Assembly: GCA_963840255.1 (NCBI GenBank)
Contig: CAWIYB010000003.1
Coordinates: 67,077 to 131,076, forward strand
Source: an uncultured Chloroflexia bacterium
Lineage (GTDB): Bacteria; Chloroflexota; Anaerolineae; Anaerolineales; UBA4823
Length of the DNA: 64,000 bases
Direction of reading: 5' to 3'
Position 1 is the first letter of the stretch; every line of letters begins with the position of its first letter. Shown piece by piece: positions 8,748 to 18,784 of this stretch. The position numbers were made by a program, and so were the translations under genes. Under the pieces are notes generated by a model. That model saw only the letters and a program-made list of their open reading frames with translations, was not told the DNA's origin and did not search any database.

Positions 8748-9590
8748 TCAGCCCTTATAGGTCAAAACTCTGCCCCACAGGCTCTTGGTGCCCCAGATCC
8801 CAGCGCGCAAGGTCTCCAGCTGGACAATCTGACTATGATCGACAAACAGGTTGACTTCAGCGCCATAGTTTTTTATGTACCAGGCGAAAACCTCCGGGTC
8901 GGCAGCCTCAAACATTGGTTTTTCCAGCCCGATGGCATTGATGATCTTGGCGACGACATCCGTACGCCAGGTAGTCACGTTCTCGGTGATCCCCTCTGAT
9001 TCGATCATGATCATATATGCACCGGCATCCACAAACCGCCTGGCTTGATGGATGGCCCACTCGGGGTCACGCGTGCCTTCCGCAGCCAGCTCTGCCACAG
9101 CGGTGGCACCACCGGCTCCAAACTGGATACCCACTTCAGGCTTGGCTTTCAACCCGGCTTTCTGCACTTTCTCGACCAGCCTGAGCCAGTCATCGGTTGG
9201 GATGGAAATAAACCCGCTGGAGATTTCGACGATATCGAAACCAATCTGCTTGCATTCCTTAATATATTGGTCTACGGCTTGAGCACCTAGCGTCAGGACG
9301 TGCTCGATAAAACCACCTGTGGACACGAGGACGTTATACTTGTGGCATATGTCCAGCAGCTCGATAACCGCTTTGCGCGGCATCAGGCTGAAGGAGCCAC
9401 CGGCGAATTTCAACACATCCACGTATGCGCTCATGGTCTCGAGGATATCTTCCAGATAACGCTTTCCCATGGGGGTATAGTATGGCCCACGGATTTCAGT
9501 GACGCCTGTCTGGCGAGGTTTGCCCTGACGCTGATTAATTCTCAAAAAAGAGAAGGCCCGATCATCATTTTGATCATTCATTGATTCCAT
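8748..9590 (-). CDS. comA: Phosphosulfolactate synthase family (ComA/Hsa32-like)
   Basis: KPRQTGVTEIRGPYY, VDVLKFAGGS, EISSG, KPEVG, FEA..P, YG.EVNL. Confidence 0.85.
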   Translation of the reverse strand: MESMNDQNDDRAFSFLRINQRQGKPRQTGVTEIRGPYYTPMGKRYLEDILETMSAYVDVLKFAGGSFSLMPRKAVIELLDICHKYNVLVSTGGFIEHVLTLGAQAVDQYIKECKQIGFDIVEISSGFISIPTDDWLRLVEKVQKAGLKAKPEVGIQFGAGGATAVAELAAEGTRDPEWAIHQARRFVDAGAYMIMIESEGITENVTTWRTDVVAKIINAIGLEKPMFEAADPEVFAWYIKNYGAEVNLFVDHSQIVQLETLRAGIWGTKSLWGRVLTYKG

Positions 9591-9602
9591 ATTTCATCTT
9601 TC

Positions 9603-10973
9603 CTATGCTTGCTGCTTCACGCTTCCCAGCATTGCTGTCAGGTCGCGGATGCGAATGTTTTCCAAATCTCTTACTGCATTTTCGAGCTCGTCCTGGAGAG
9701 AGGTCGAAATAGTTTGGTCGGTAAGCTGTTCGAACTTTTTCACCGCTGTTTCCCAATGCATGGGGCGGGTAAGGAAGCCCTCATAATCGTACTTGTCCCT
9801 GGTGACTGCCCGCCCGTCCTGCAAGGTGATGGTAATACGGCAAGGCATCTCAGCCGGAAACCGCTGGCTATATTCAAGCCTGGGACGAATGGTCACTTTT
9901 CGCAGCAGGGATTGGACGTCAGCTTGCTGTATACGCTCAGGCAGGTACTGTGGCGGCAGGACCTGGTCATCTAAAATGGCCACCGCAATAATATACGGCA
10001 GGCTGTGGTCGGCTTCTTCCTTGGTGCGCACGGTGACCTTCTCACCCTCTTCGCCGCCGCCGATGATGTTATAGGCTACATCGAACGTCTCGATATCGAT
10101 AGTGCGGATTGCAGCCGGATCAATCTCCTGCTCGTTTTTCAGCTCCAGCGCACCTTCAATTGTGGCTTGTGAATGGATCTCAGCGTTATAGCGTTTCACC
10201 ACGGTGTGGGCAATCTTTTCCAGGTCTTCCCTGGACCAGTCCAGGGAAAAATGTCCGGAAATTGCGTCCATGAAGCCCTTATTGCCTTCGAAGACTTCGC
10301 CCGGTCCGGTGATACCCCGCATGGCGAGGAAGGCAGCATTCATCACGCCAAAAGCTGTGTTGGGGTAAGCCAGACCCTTCCAATTGGAGAGGGCTCCGGT
10401 ACGTGTGACCCTGAGGGCGTTATATGCCGTCCCGGAAATGGCGATGGCATTGGCAGTCTTGTCTTCATCCAGACGAAGAGCCTTGGCAATCCCAGCGGCG
10501 AGACCATAAGCACCCTGGGTGGTATGGTCAAATCCTTTAGCCCGTACGGGCGCCACATCGCTCAGGCGACACTGCACCTGGTATGCCACTGCCAGGGCGG
10601 TCAGAAATTCCATACCACTCCCATTGGCATATTCGCATGCTGCCAGTACCGCGCCAAGGTTGTCACTGGGGTGACAGGTTTCTCCCGGGGCAAGGTAGCT
10701 GTCGTTGAAGTCCAGGAAGCGCACCAGGGCACTATTATAAAAGGCAGCCCGGTCAGGCGCAGTCAGACCGCCACCAATCAGGGTGCAGATGGGATTACCG
10801 CCGAAATCTGCATTTTGAGTGGCGATCATGCGAATCGTACCCGCATCCAAGGCACCGATGGCACAGCCCAGGGCATCCAAAACCCGGATCTTCGCCTGGA
10901 GGCGGGCGGCTGGGGAGAGCCAGTCAAACTCTGCAGCAACCACGAACGATGACAGCTCATTCACCATGGCCAT
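9603..10973 (-). CDS. MmgE/PrpD family protein
   Basis: RFLDFND, HPSDN, GFDHT, KEEADHSLPY. Confidence 0.9.
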   Translation of the reverse strand: MAMVNELSSFVVAAEFDWLSPAARLQAKIRVLDALGCAIGALDAGTIRMIATQNADFGGNPICTLIGGGLTAPDRAAFYNSALVRFLDFNDSYLAPGETCHPSDNLGAVLAACEYANGSGMEFLTALAVAYQVQCRLSDVAPVRAKGFDHTTQGAYGLAAGIAKALRLDEDKTANAIAISGTAYNALRVTRTGALSNWKGLAYPNTAFGVMNAAFLAMRGITGPGEVFEGNKGFMDAISGHFSLDWSREDLEKIAHTVVKRYNAEIHSQATIEGALELKNEQEIDPAAIRTIDIETFDVAYNIIGGGEEGEKVTVRTKEEADHSLPYIIAVAILDDQVLPPQYLPERIQQADVQSLLRKVTIRPRLEYSQRFPAEMPCRITITLQDGRAVTRDKYDYEGFLTRPMHWETAVKKFEQLTDQTISTSLQDELENAVRDLENIRIRDLTAMLGSVKQQA

Positions 10974-10988
10974 GATGGACTTCCCGGT

Positions 10989-12161
10989 CTACAGCCGACC
11001 TTTAAGCTCAGCCGCAGTAAATGGACCCGGCTCAGCAATCAGGGCGCGTGCCTTGGGGACGGTGTCCCACACATTCCACAGGAGCACGCCTCTGACACGC
11101 CCATTAGCCAGGTAATAAACCACGCCTTTTTTATATTCATCCTTCCAATCCACAAAGGTCTCCAGGCGTGAATCAAGCTCACCGACAGCTTCATAACCCA
11201 GCTCGAACAGGTCGGAATAAAAATAAGATAAGTGGTGATAAGGCTCGTTGGCACCTGCCATATTACGCCCTGCCTGCTGACCCATGTTATTGGCATTGTC
11301 TTCGTGCTCGATGCGCAAGCGTTTACCAAGCGTGGGGCTGGCGAACTCAGCCACATCGCCGGCAGCAAATATATCTACACCACTGGTGTGGAGCATATCA
11401 TCGACCACAATCCCATTCCCCACTTTTAAACCTGCAGATTGCGCCAGCTCCACATTGGGCTGGATGCCGATTCCGGCGATCACCCCATCCACCTGGATTG
11501 CATCGTCATCCACTGTGATCAGCTGGTAGCGATTACCGGTCTTTTTCAAGTCTTGCACCTTTGACCCTGGCAGCACCTCCACACCTTTTTGGCGGAAGAA
11601 GTTGTTTAAATAATCTGAGATCTGGCGTGGATACATATTCGCCCCTATACCAGTGTCAGGGAAAAGTAAGCTCACCTTTTTTCCGTTCATCGCCAGTGCC
11701 GCAGCGATCTCCGAGCCAATGAAGCCTCCACCGATCACGCCAAAGTGTTCACCGCGGCTGCTCAGCTCGCGCAGGTGCTGGTAGTCATCCAGGGTGCGGT
11801 AGTAAATAATATCCCCTTCACCGAAGGGCAGCTTGCGAGGTGTGCCACCCGTGGCCAAAAGCAATTTTTCGTATTGATATTCTGTTCCCTGGTCGTCGCG
11901 AACCACTTTTTTAACTGGGTCGATTGAGCGGATGGTCCTGCCCAGGTGCAGGTCCACTGTGAATTGCTGGGTCCCGCGCCAGATACTGTCCAATGCTTTT
12001 CCCTTCCAGAGTCCTTTGGTCAGAGGTGGACGGCTATAGGGTGGGTTATGATCGCTCCCAATCAGCCCAATCTTTCCAGCAGGGTCCAGCGCCCGGATTC
12101 CCCTGACAGCTGAATCAGCAGTCATACCGGCACCGACAATCAGGTATTGATAGTTTGACAT
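10989..12161 (-). CDS. FAD/NAD(P)-dependent oxidoreductase (ferredoxin reductase / AIF-like)
   Basis: IVGAG, PYSRPPLTK, LLLATG, IGGGFIGSE, FAAGD, RIEH. Confidence 0.9.
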   Translation of the reverse strand: MSNYQYLIVGAGMTADSAVRGIRALDPAGKIGLIGSDHNPPYSRPPLTKGLWKGKALDSIWRGTQQFTVDLHLGRTIRSIDPVKKVVRDDQGTEYQYEKLLLATGGTPRKLPFGEGDIIYYRTLDDYQHLRELSSRGEHFGVIGGGFIGSEIAAALAMNGKKVSLLFPDTGIGANMYPRQISDYLNNFFRQKGVEVLPGSKVQDLKKTGNRYQLITVDDDAIQVDGVIAGIGIQPNVELAQSAGLKVGNGIVVDDMLHTSGVDIFAAGDVAEFASPTLGKRLRIEHEDNANNMGQQAGRNMAGANEPYHHLSYFYSDLFELGYEAVGELDSRLETFVDWKDEYKKGVVYYLANGRVRGVLLWNVWDTVPKARALIAEPGPFTAAELKGRL

Positions 12162-12191
12162 TAAGCCCTCCCAAGAGCAGATGAATATGTC

Positions 12192-12253
12192 CCACAATCA
12201 ACGAATTGTGGCGAAAATATGGTAGAATTAATTATATATCGCAGTACGATGTA
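12192..12253. promoter_or_regulatory. Inverted repeats in a divergent promoter; probable MarR operator
   Basis: CCACAAT-N6-ATTGTGG (12192-12211) and TATATCG-N5-CGATGTA (12235-12253). Confidence 0.45.
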
Positions 12254-12317
12254 AGTCAACCTTTTCGGTCAAGCTCCACCTAAATTGGGTAGCTTTATTA
12301 TATACGATGGGATTGTG

Positions 12318-12746
12318 ATGACGGATTTCTCGACTTTTTCAAAAGGTGATTACGAAACCCTGGCAGAGTTCCGCTATGCCCTACGCTGTTTCTTGCGCTT
12401 TAGTGAAAGTGCAGCTGAATCTGCAGGTCTCACCATGCAGCAGCACCAGGCGCTGCTGTTCATCATTGGTTATCCAGGCCGTGAACAGGTGACGATTGGC
12501 GAGCTGGCTGAGCGTCTGCAGATCCGCCATCATAGCGCGGTGGGCATGGTGGATCGGTTGGAAGATCAGGGATTGGTGGAAAGGATCCATAACGGCGCGG
12601 ACAGGAGGCAGGTATTTATCGGGTTGACTGAGAAAGGGATTGGGGTGTTGAAAAGTCTGGCGAGCACGCACCGGGATGAGCTGCGCCATCTCGGACCGCA
12701 GCTGTGTAACATGCTTGAGCAAATTACTAGTTTGACGGATAGATAG
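12318..12746 (+). CDS. MarR family transcriptional regulator
   Basis: GLTMQQHQALL, IGELAERL, VDRLEDQGLVER, DRRQV. Confidence 0.9.
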   Translation: MTDFSTFSKGDYETLAEFRYALRCFLRFSESAAESAGLTMQQHQALLFIIGYPGREQVTIGELAERLQIRHHSAVGMVDRLEDQGLVERIHNGADRRQVFIGLTEKGIGVLKSLASTHRDELRHLGPQLCNMLEQITSLTDR

Positions 12747-13050
12747 AAAATCCCTTCCAGGCTTTCGTGTTTGAGGGTGGCTATATTACTCCGGAAAATG
12801 GGGAAAGTCAGTATATATCAGGAGTTTTTATCCATTGTAGCGGTGTTACCCAGTCACAACCCCTGATCTCTTAGCAAAGTCCGCTGCAAAAGCAAGGGCT
12901 TGGGGATGGCCGGTCAACGATATTGCAAGCAGTCATATAGCTATGCTCACAGCCTCCACGCATCTGGCAACAATCCTGCTTCAAGGATCAGAACAAAGCA
13001 TATGAGATGGTATTTACCCCCATTTATACACATCCAGATAAAATGATCCA

Positions 13051-14493
13051 TTATCTGACTGTCTTTACTCGCCTCACGGCGAGGACGGAGAACAGGAACA
13101 ACATTCCGTAGATGCTGAAGATCAACACATATCCGAACCCTGGTATCTGTGGCACTTGTCCGGTGACAAAATCGGCAATCGGACCACCAATATATGCGCC
13201 CACCGCACCCGCTCCTGCTCCTGCCAGGTTGGATATACCCAGGTACCGCCCTGCTTCCTCCTTGGGAACCAGGAGCGTACCTAACGCCCAGTTGGCAGTA
13301 TAGAATAAACCGGTTCCAATTCCAATAATGCATCCGCCGATATAGATCGCCGGAAGGCTGGGGAAGCTGAGAGCAATGATGGTACCCACCAATGCGGTCA
13401 GCCCTGCAATTGCCACCATGCGCTTCTCACCAAACCGGTCAGTCAGCCAGCCTGCCGGTAAAGTGGATAACAGGATCATCAGACCAACAATCAGGATTAG
13501 CTTGCTCGCTGGGGATGCGGCAGCTTCCTTCACATAACCCAGGCGAGCCTGCAGAAAATAGATCGCAAAGGTGGACAAATTGACCGCGCCCACCAGGAAT
13601 GCCAGCCGGCTGATCACCCACCAGGTGAACGAGGGATTTTGTTTGGCCTTATCCCCAATACTGATGCGCACGCTGATCCAGACCCCCATGCCAACCGCCA
13701 CCAACATGGCAGCCAATCCGATCAACCCCATAATTATGAATAAAGCAGTGGTAGAGCTGACGTTGCTCATACGGTTACTAACAAAATTGACCACATATCT
13801 CGAGCCAAGGATGATGAAGGTGAACACCACTGTCATTCCCACCAGGCGTATCAACGCTCCCCAGTCCATCGGAGGAGCTGTCTCTTCCAGCGGTTTTTCA
13901 GGGACGAGCATCGTCAGCAGCATTACCATAATCAGAACAACAACCGCAACCAGCAGCCCTGCCCACAGATACCCTTGGCTGACCAGCTTTGCAACAGTGA
14001 ACGCCACAAGGATCAAAGGAAGGGGAATCTCGAATAATGCCTTCACGCCAGAGAATCGACCGCGCTTTTCTTCTGGCACCATGTCAGGGATGATCCCCTG
14101 CTCGGCAGCCTGGCTCGCATTGGTCGACACCGGTTGCACCAGACCGATGGCAAATAGTACCCAGAAACCGAGCATGCCTTGCATGCGGGCAGTAAAGCCG
14201 ATCAGGATGGTGAGGGCTGCAGTTACCAGCGCGCCAACGAAAATAAATGGTCGCCGCCGACCCCAACGGAGTGTGCTGCGATCTGAGAACATGCCCATCA
14301 CTGACTGGGCAAGCAGTGCCACCATCAGGGTGTACAGGCGGAATGTCCCATAATAAGTACCTTGCTGCGTCTCCCCGACAAACTGCTGTACCAGCAGCGG
14401 GGTAATCAAACCCATGGTCTGGGATAGTGTGGTCAGCCCGAAAAAGTAAATGTTGAAGGTGATATAGTCAAACCAGCGAATTGGTCGGCTCAT
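13051..14493 (-). CDS. MFS transporter (SLC45/sugar-like)
   Basis: GMFSDRSTLRWGRRRPFI, GWLTDRFGEK, many TM segments. Confidence 0.85.
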   Translation of the reverse strand: MSRPIRWFDYITFNIYFFGLTTLSQTMGLITPLLVQQFVGETQQGTYYGTFRLYTLMVALLAQSVMGMFSDRSTLRWGRRRPFIFVGALVTAALTILIGFTARMQGMLGFWVLFAIGLVQPVSTNASQAAEQGIIPDMVPEEKRGRFSGVKALFEIPLPLILVAFTVAKLVSQGYLWAGLLVAVVVLIMVMLLTMLVPEKPLEETAPPMDWGALIRLVGMTVVFTFIILGSRYVVNFVSNRMSNVSSTTALFIIMGLIGLAAMLVAVGMGVWISVRISIGDKAKQNPSFTWWVISRLAFLVGAVNLSTFAIYFLQARLGYVKEAAASPASKLILIVGLMILLSTLPAGWLTDRFGEKRMVAIAGLTALVGTIIALSFPSLPAIYIGGCIIGIGTGLFYTANWALGTLLVPKEEAGRYLGISNLAGAGAGAVGAYIGGPIADFVTGQVPQIPGFGYVLIFSIYGMLFLFSVLAVRRVKTVR

Positions 14494-14550
14494 GGTTGGA
14501 TCCTGGTCAAAACGGAATGAAGTGAGTAGGATCACCTTCCAGGTCAGGTT

Positions 14551-15312
14551 TTAGTGGAATAAACGCTCAATGAAGCTGAGGGTCAGGTTTGCTGCCAGGT
14601 CATGCTCCTTATCCAAGATCACACAGTGGGTGGAATGCTCCAGCCAATGCAGCTCCTTGATGGATGAGCTAACCTGGTTATAAATGATCTGGGGTGATTG
14701 CGGATGGACGGTTGGGTCAAGCCTGCCTTGGAGGATCATAATTGGCTGTCGGACCTGCGGCAGGAGAGCAAGAACCGATTTTTGTAAGCGCATGAGCTGG
14801 ACGGCAGCCTTTAGCGGCTGAACGGCATATCCCTGCCAGGGGTTATCGTCTGCAGATGGAGCTTTGGGGACGGAAGCAATGAAAGGTGCCAAAACGGACA
14901 GCAGGAAATTTTTGGCACGTCCGATACGGAGTCGCAGGGCAGGTGCATAACACAAGATCCCTGCAGATTCCGCATGCGTGACTGCCAGGTACAAAACGAG
15001 CAATGCGCCTGCCGATTCGCCACCGATCACAACATGCTCACAGCGGGTGGCCAGCTGTTGGTAGGTCTGCCCAACACAAGCGAGCCAATCCTGCCAGGTG
15101 AAGCGGTTGCAGTCCACAGGGGTGGTGCCGTGACCCGGCAGCAAAGGGGCCGCTACCGTGTAACCATTTTCGTGGAGAACCTTCGCCAACAGGCGGACCT
15201 CGGCGGTAGTTGCAGTAAATCCATGACACAGCAGCACACCGGTCGGTCCCGCCGGCCAAAAGAAAGGTGAACCATCCAGCTGGGGGTTGCGCAGGATGGA
15301 GGGTTTGATCAT
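14551..15312 (-). CDS. Carboxylesterase (alpha/beta hydrolase)
   Basis: HGFT, LPGHG, GESAG nucleophile elbow, D..V and C-terminal His. Confidence 0.9.
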   Translation of the reverse strand: MIKPSILRNPQLDGSPFFWPAGPTGVLLCHGFTATTAEVRLLAKVLHENGYTVAAPLLPGHGTTPVDCNRFTWQDWLACVGQTYQQLATRCEHVVIGGESAGALLVLYLAVTHAESAGILCYAPALRLRIGRAKNFLLSVLAPFIASVPKAPSADDNPWQGYAVQPLKAAVQLMRLQKSVLALLPQVRQPIMILQGRLDPTVHPQSPQIIYNQVSSSIKELHWLEHSTHCVILDKEHDLAANLTLSFIERLFH

Positions 15313-15333
15313 CGGATCATGGGTGATGCTAAA

Positions 15334-16737
15334 TCAACCAATAAACTTCCTCAGCAGGAGGTAGAGGATGGCAGCAACAATTAGCAGTAAAACGAAACCT
15401 CCCGCAGACAACATGGTTACTTTGAGCGAATCGAGCGGCTTCACCCCGCTCACCTTGCCAGTTTGACCGTTGACATACAGGCGGTAACGCTTGCCCTGGA
15501 AGGTATAATTTCCAATATAGATTGGCAAGAGAGCAAGCTTATAGGTAAGCCCGCTCCACTTCCCTGCACCACTGCCAAAATTGTGCTTGGGGTGACCAGG
15601 ATCAACCTGCTTGGATAGGTTGGACTTTACATTTTTGATTACTATTTCGCGTGCCTTTAACGAGGCATCAGCCAGAGGGTGATCATAGGTCAGTGCCAAC
15701 CAACCGGCAAGAAAATCTGGGGAAAATTCGACCAATTCCTCCAGGTTGAACGGCTCGATACCGGCAACCTCTGCCGGTGACATCTTGCGCAGCCCAGGGA
15801 TAATCACATTGTTAAACATCTCAAAGTGAGATCCACTACGGGTATCCCATTGGGGCAGTTTGCTCGACCCGGTGTTGTCTTCATAGAACCAGGGTATTTC
15901 CAAAGCCCCCGAGAAGATCCAAAATGGGTAATAGGCTGGATGAAGCAGCATGCCTGCGTGCTGGATCGCCAGGTTATCCGGAGAAAAAAGACCTTTGTTC
16001 AACCAGGCTTTGATGGAATCGTTCGCCTTTTGGGGGTCAATTTTAAACACGCCTATCGCCTGCGGGTCGACCAATTCCATCAGGTTGGGGGAAGTGATAA
16101 AGCGGTTCGAGGCACAATAAGGGCAGACATCGGCGGTCTGACCAGGCGGTAGGATGATGACCACTCCGCATTGCTCGCAGGTGAGGCGCGACTGGCTCTC
16201 CGCCCAGCGGTGAGCACGCTCGGTGGGTAGAGTGGCATCTAATATTTGTTCGGAGCTTTCACTGAGCACACGTTGATCCACTTTGCCGGTAAAACCACAA
16301 AACTGGCATACCAGGGTTGTCTCATGGATGTCATAGGCAATCGAAGCGCCGCAATTCGGACAGGTATAAGTCTTGACGGTTGCCTCTTGAGGAGGCGGTT
16401 CTACCTCAGGCGCGTAGGAAGCACCTTCCGGCATCAGCGGGCTCTTATCCAGTTTCTCATTAATCATCAACAGCCCGCGCTTGGCGGTGGCGTTGGATGG
16501 GTCGATTGCGACTGCCTTTTCCAGGTACCCGCGCCGTTCCTGCAACTCATCCGTCGTTGCCGAAAGCCAGATCCAAATGCGCGCGTCTGAGCTGTTGATC
16601 AGCGCAGCTTGATCGAGTAATCTTTTTGCTAAAGAGTGGTTGCCATTTTTGACAGCAATAATGCCATCTTGAATGAGCTGTTCAAATTCGAGCGAGCTGA
16701 TTGAATCAGGTTGATTGGAAAATGCAGGCGGCAGCAT
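15334..16737 (-). CDS. TPR-like / Zn-ribbon protein with C-terminal TM helix
   Basis: N-terminal helical repeat; CPNC/CQFC and CEQC/CPYC pairs; VNGQTGKV.G; terminal hydrophobic helix. Confidence 0.75.
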   Translation of the reverse strand: MLPPAFSNQPDSISSLEFEQLIQDGIIAVKNGNHSLAKRLLDQAALINSSDARIWIWLSATTDELQERRGYLEKAVAIDPSNATAKRGLLMINEKLDKSPLMPEGASYAPEVEPPPQEATVKTYTCPNCGASIAYDIHETTLVCQFCGFTGKVDQRVLSESSEQILDATLPTERAHRWAESQSRLTCEQCGVVIILPPGQTADVCPYCASNRFITSPNLMELVDPQAIGVFKIDPQKANDSIKAWLNKGLFSPDNLAIQHAGMLLHPAYYPFWIFSGALEIPWFYEDNTGSSKLPQWDTRSGSHFEMFNNVIIPGLRKMSPAEVAGIEPFNLEELVEFSPDFLAGWLALTYDHPLADASLKAREIVIKNVKSNLSKQVDPGHPKHNFGSGAGKWSGLTYKLALLPIYIGNYTFQGKRYRLYVNGQTGKVSGVKPLDSLKVTMLSAGGFVLLLIVAAILYLLLRKFIG

Positions 16738-16769
16738 TTTTAGATTATATATCTTAAAATAATAAAACG

Positions 16770-17387
16770 CTAATCTTGATGGACGAAGAAACCACTAAGG
16801 AAATGACGGATGGGAGGCAGACGGAGGATGAGTAAAAAGCCGATCAAGATCAACCAGAGATAGGGTTGCACTACACCTTGTTTTACAACCTTGACGTAAT
16901 GCACAGCAGCCAGGATGTCGATCACATACACCATACTGTGCAAACGCTTCCAGTTTTTGCCAAGTCGTTTTGGCCAGGGTGGGAACGAAGTAATTGCCAG
17001 AGGGATCAACAGTAAGCCGGCAATTAATCCTATCAGGGCATATGTTTTGATAATTTCATCACCGATATATTGAAAATCGAAGCCATAATCCAGCCCAATA
17101 AAAATGGCAAAGTGGATGCACACGTACAAGAATGAATAATCTCCCAGGGCGCGCCTTACTTTGAGTGCAGGAGAAAAACCAAAGATGGAATTTAATGGCG
17201 TACATGCCAGGCTCAACACGAGCAGGATCAGGGCAATCTTGCCTGTGCGCAATATTGCACCCCGGATAGGATCCGCTGTTAAATGTCCCTGCCAGGCATC
17301 ATAAAAGAGCCAAGGAATCGGAAGCAGGCAGGCGATATGTACCAGGATCCGAAACCAATAGTCGAAAAATCTATTTTTGATGTTCAA
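16770..17387 (-). CDS. msrQ: Protein-methionine-sulfoxide reductase heme subunit
   Basis: SLACTP, RRALG, LAITS, WKRLH; adjacent to msrP. Confidence 0.9.
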   Translation of the reverse strand: MNIKNRFFDYWFRILVHIACLLPIPWLFYDAWQGHLTADPIRGAILRTGKIALILLVLSLACTPLNSIFGFSPALKVRRALGDYSFLYVCIHFAIFIGLDYGFDFQYIGDEIIKTYALIGLIAGLLLIPLAITSFPPWPKRLGKNWKRLHSMVYVIDILAAVHYVKVVKQGVVQPYLWLILIGFLLILRLPPIRHFLSGFFVHQD

Positions 17388-18316
17388 AAATTCTTCTCTA
17401 AATCCATCCCTGTGTAAAGTGAGGCTACTTCGTTTTCGTATCCATTGAACATAAGGGTCTTCATCCGTCCAACCTCGCCGATGCGCCGCTCGGTGGCTTG
17501 TGACCAGCGTGGGTGGTCCACATTGGGGTTAACGTTGGCATAAAACCCGTATTCGTCTGGAGCAGCATCCATCCAAGTAGAGGTCGGCTGAGCATTCACC
17601 AGCTCAATCTTGACAATCGCCTTGATGCCCTTGAAGCCGTATTTCCACGGCACCACCAGGCGGATGGGTGCCCCATCTTGCTTGGGTAAATCCGTCCCAT
17701 ACAGGCCGGTGACCATCAAAGTCAGGTCATGCATGGCTTCATCCATGCGCAGCCCTTCGACATAAGGCCAGGAGAGTAAGCTGGATCCCTGCAGAGGCAT
17801 ATCCGTGGGATCCAGAATGGAGGTAAATTTAACGAAAGTCGCCTCCGAGGTGGGTTGGACGTCTTCAAGCAGGCGGTGCAGGGGAAAACCTATCCACGGG
17901 ATGACCATCGACCAGGCTTCGACACAGCGCAATCGATAAACGCGCTCTTCCGGTGAAAATTGCTGCAAGTCGGCTATGGTATAGGTCTTGGGGTTACTGA
18001 CCAGCCCTGATACCTCTATGCTCCATGGTGAGATGGGGAAATCGGCAGCCAAATCCGCCACGGCGGTCTTATCGGTGGAGAATTCGTAGTAATTATTGTA
18101 ATGGGTGATATCCTCATAGGATGTCAGCGGGACACCAAGCTCATCGGTGGTAGCACCGATGATAGGAGGCGGGCTGGCTTCAGCGGTGGGTAAGTTCCCC
18201 TTACAGGCTGCCAGAGCCAAAGCACCCACCAGGGTTGCTCCGGCGCTGCCAATAAACTGCCGTCGTGAGAGATAAAGACTCTTGGGGGTAATCTCAGAGG
18301 AATCAATCTTGACCAT
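17384..18316 (-). CDS. msrP: Protein-methionine-sulfoxide reductase catalytic (Mo) subunit
   Basis: Tat motif SRRQF; [30 protein letters not shown]. Confidence 0.95.
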   Translation of the reverse strand: MVKIDSSEITPKSLYLSRRQFIGSAGATLVGALALAACKGNLPTAEASPPPIIGATTDELGVPLTSYEDITHYNNYYEFSTDKTAVADLAADFPISPWSIEVSGLVSNPKTYTIADLQQFSPEERVYRLRCVEAWSMVIPWIGFPLHRLLEDVQPTSEATFVKFTSILDPTDMPLQGSSLLSWPYVEGLRMDEAMHDLTLMVTGLYGTDLPKQDGAPIRLVVPWKYGFKGIKAIVKIELVNAQPTSTWMDAAPDEYGFYANVNPNVDHPRWSQATERRIGEVGRMKTLMFNGYENEVASLYTGMDLEKNF

Positions 18317-18468
18317 GCTGCGCCTCCTGATATCTATACTGTTCTTATTGTACCTACTTTTATACGCAGGAAAGTCACCAATAGATTAGGATTATTTAAG
18401 CTCCTTCCCCTGCAACCCAATCAGGCTGGAGACGTAGATAGCTATAAATATAGATCAAGGAGCACGAA

Positions 18469-18690
18469 ATGATTGACCCCAAGAATAGCCATTGGCTGCT
18501 AAGACCGTTTATCTGGATTTGGAATTTAATCGCCTACATCGTAACGCTTACGGGTAGATTGCTAGCGGTGATTTTAGGATTGGTTATCATGCTCGCGGGA
18601 GCCGTCCTGACCGTTACCGTGATTGGGGCAATTGTGGGTATTCCGCTGATCATTATCGGTATACTTCTTGTCGTCAGGGGTCTGTGGTAA
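18469..18690 (+). CDS. Small membrane protein
   Basis: RBS AAGGAG; two long hydrophobic stretches. Confidence 0.75.
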   Translation: MIDPKNSHWLLRPFIWIWNLIAYIVTLTGRLLAVILGLVIMLAGAVLTVTVIGAIVGIPLIIIGILLVVRGLW

Positions 18691-18712
18691 GCTAACTCTC
18701 AAGTAGTTAAAA

Positions 18713-18751
18713 AATCATCAAGCTCCTCTGGATAGGAGGAGCCTGATGATT
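18713..18751. terminator. Hairpin between convergent genes
   Basis: AATCATCA-AG-CTCCTC...GAGGAG-CC-TGATGATT. Confidence 0.6.
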
Positions 18752-18784
18752 CTTATGCTGGTAAACCTGTTCGGAGGCTTACGA

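Noticed and set aside
10173-14353. Long antisense ORFs (for example 10173-10952 and 13571-14353; likewise 62870-63712)
   Set aside because: They are shadows of well-supported genes on the opposite strand and carry no recognisable motifs.
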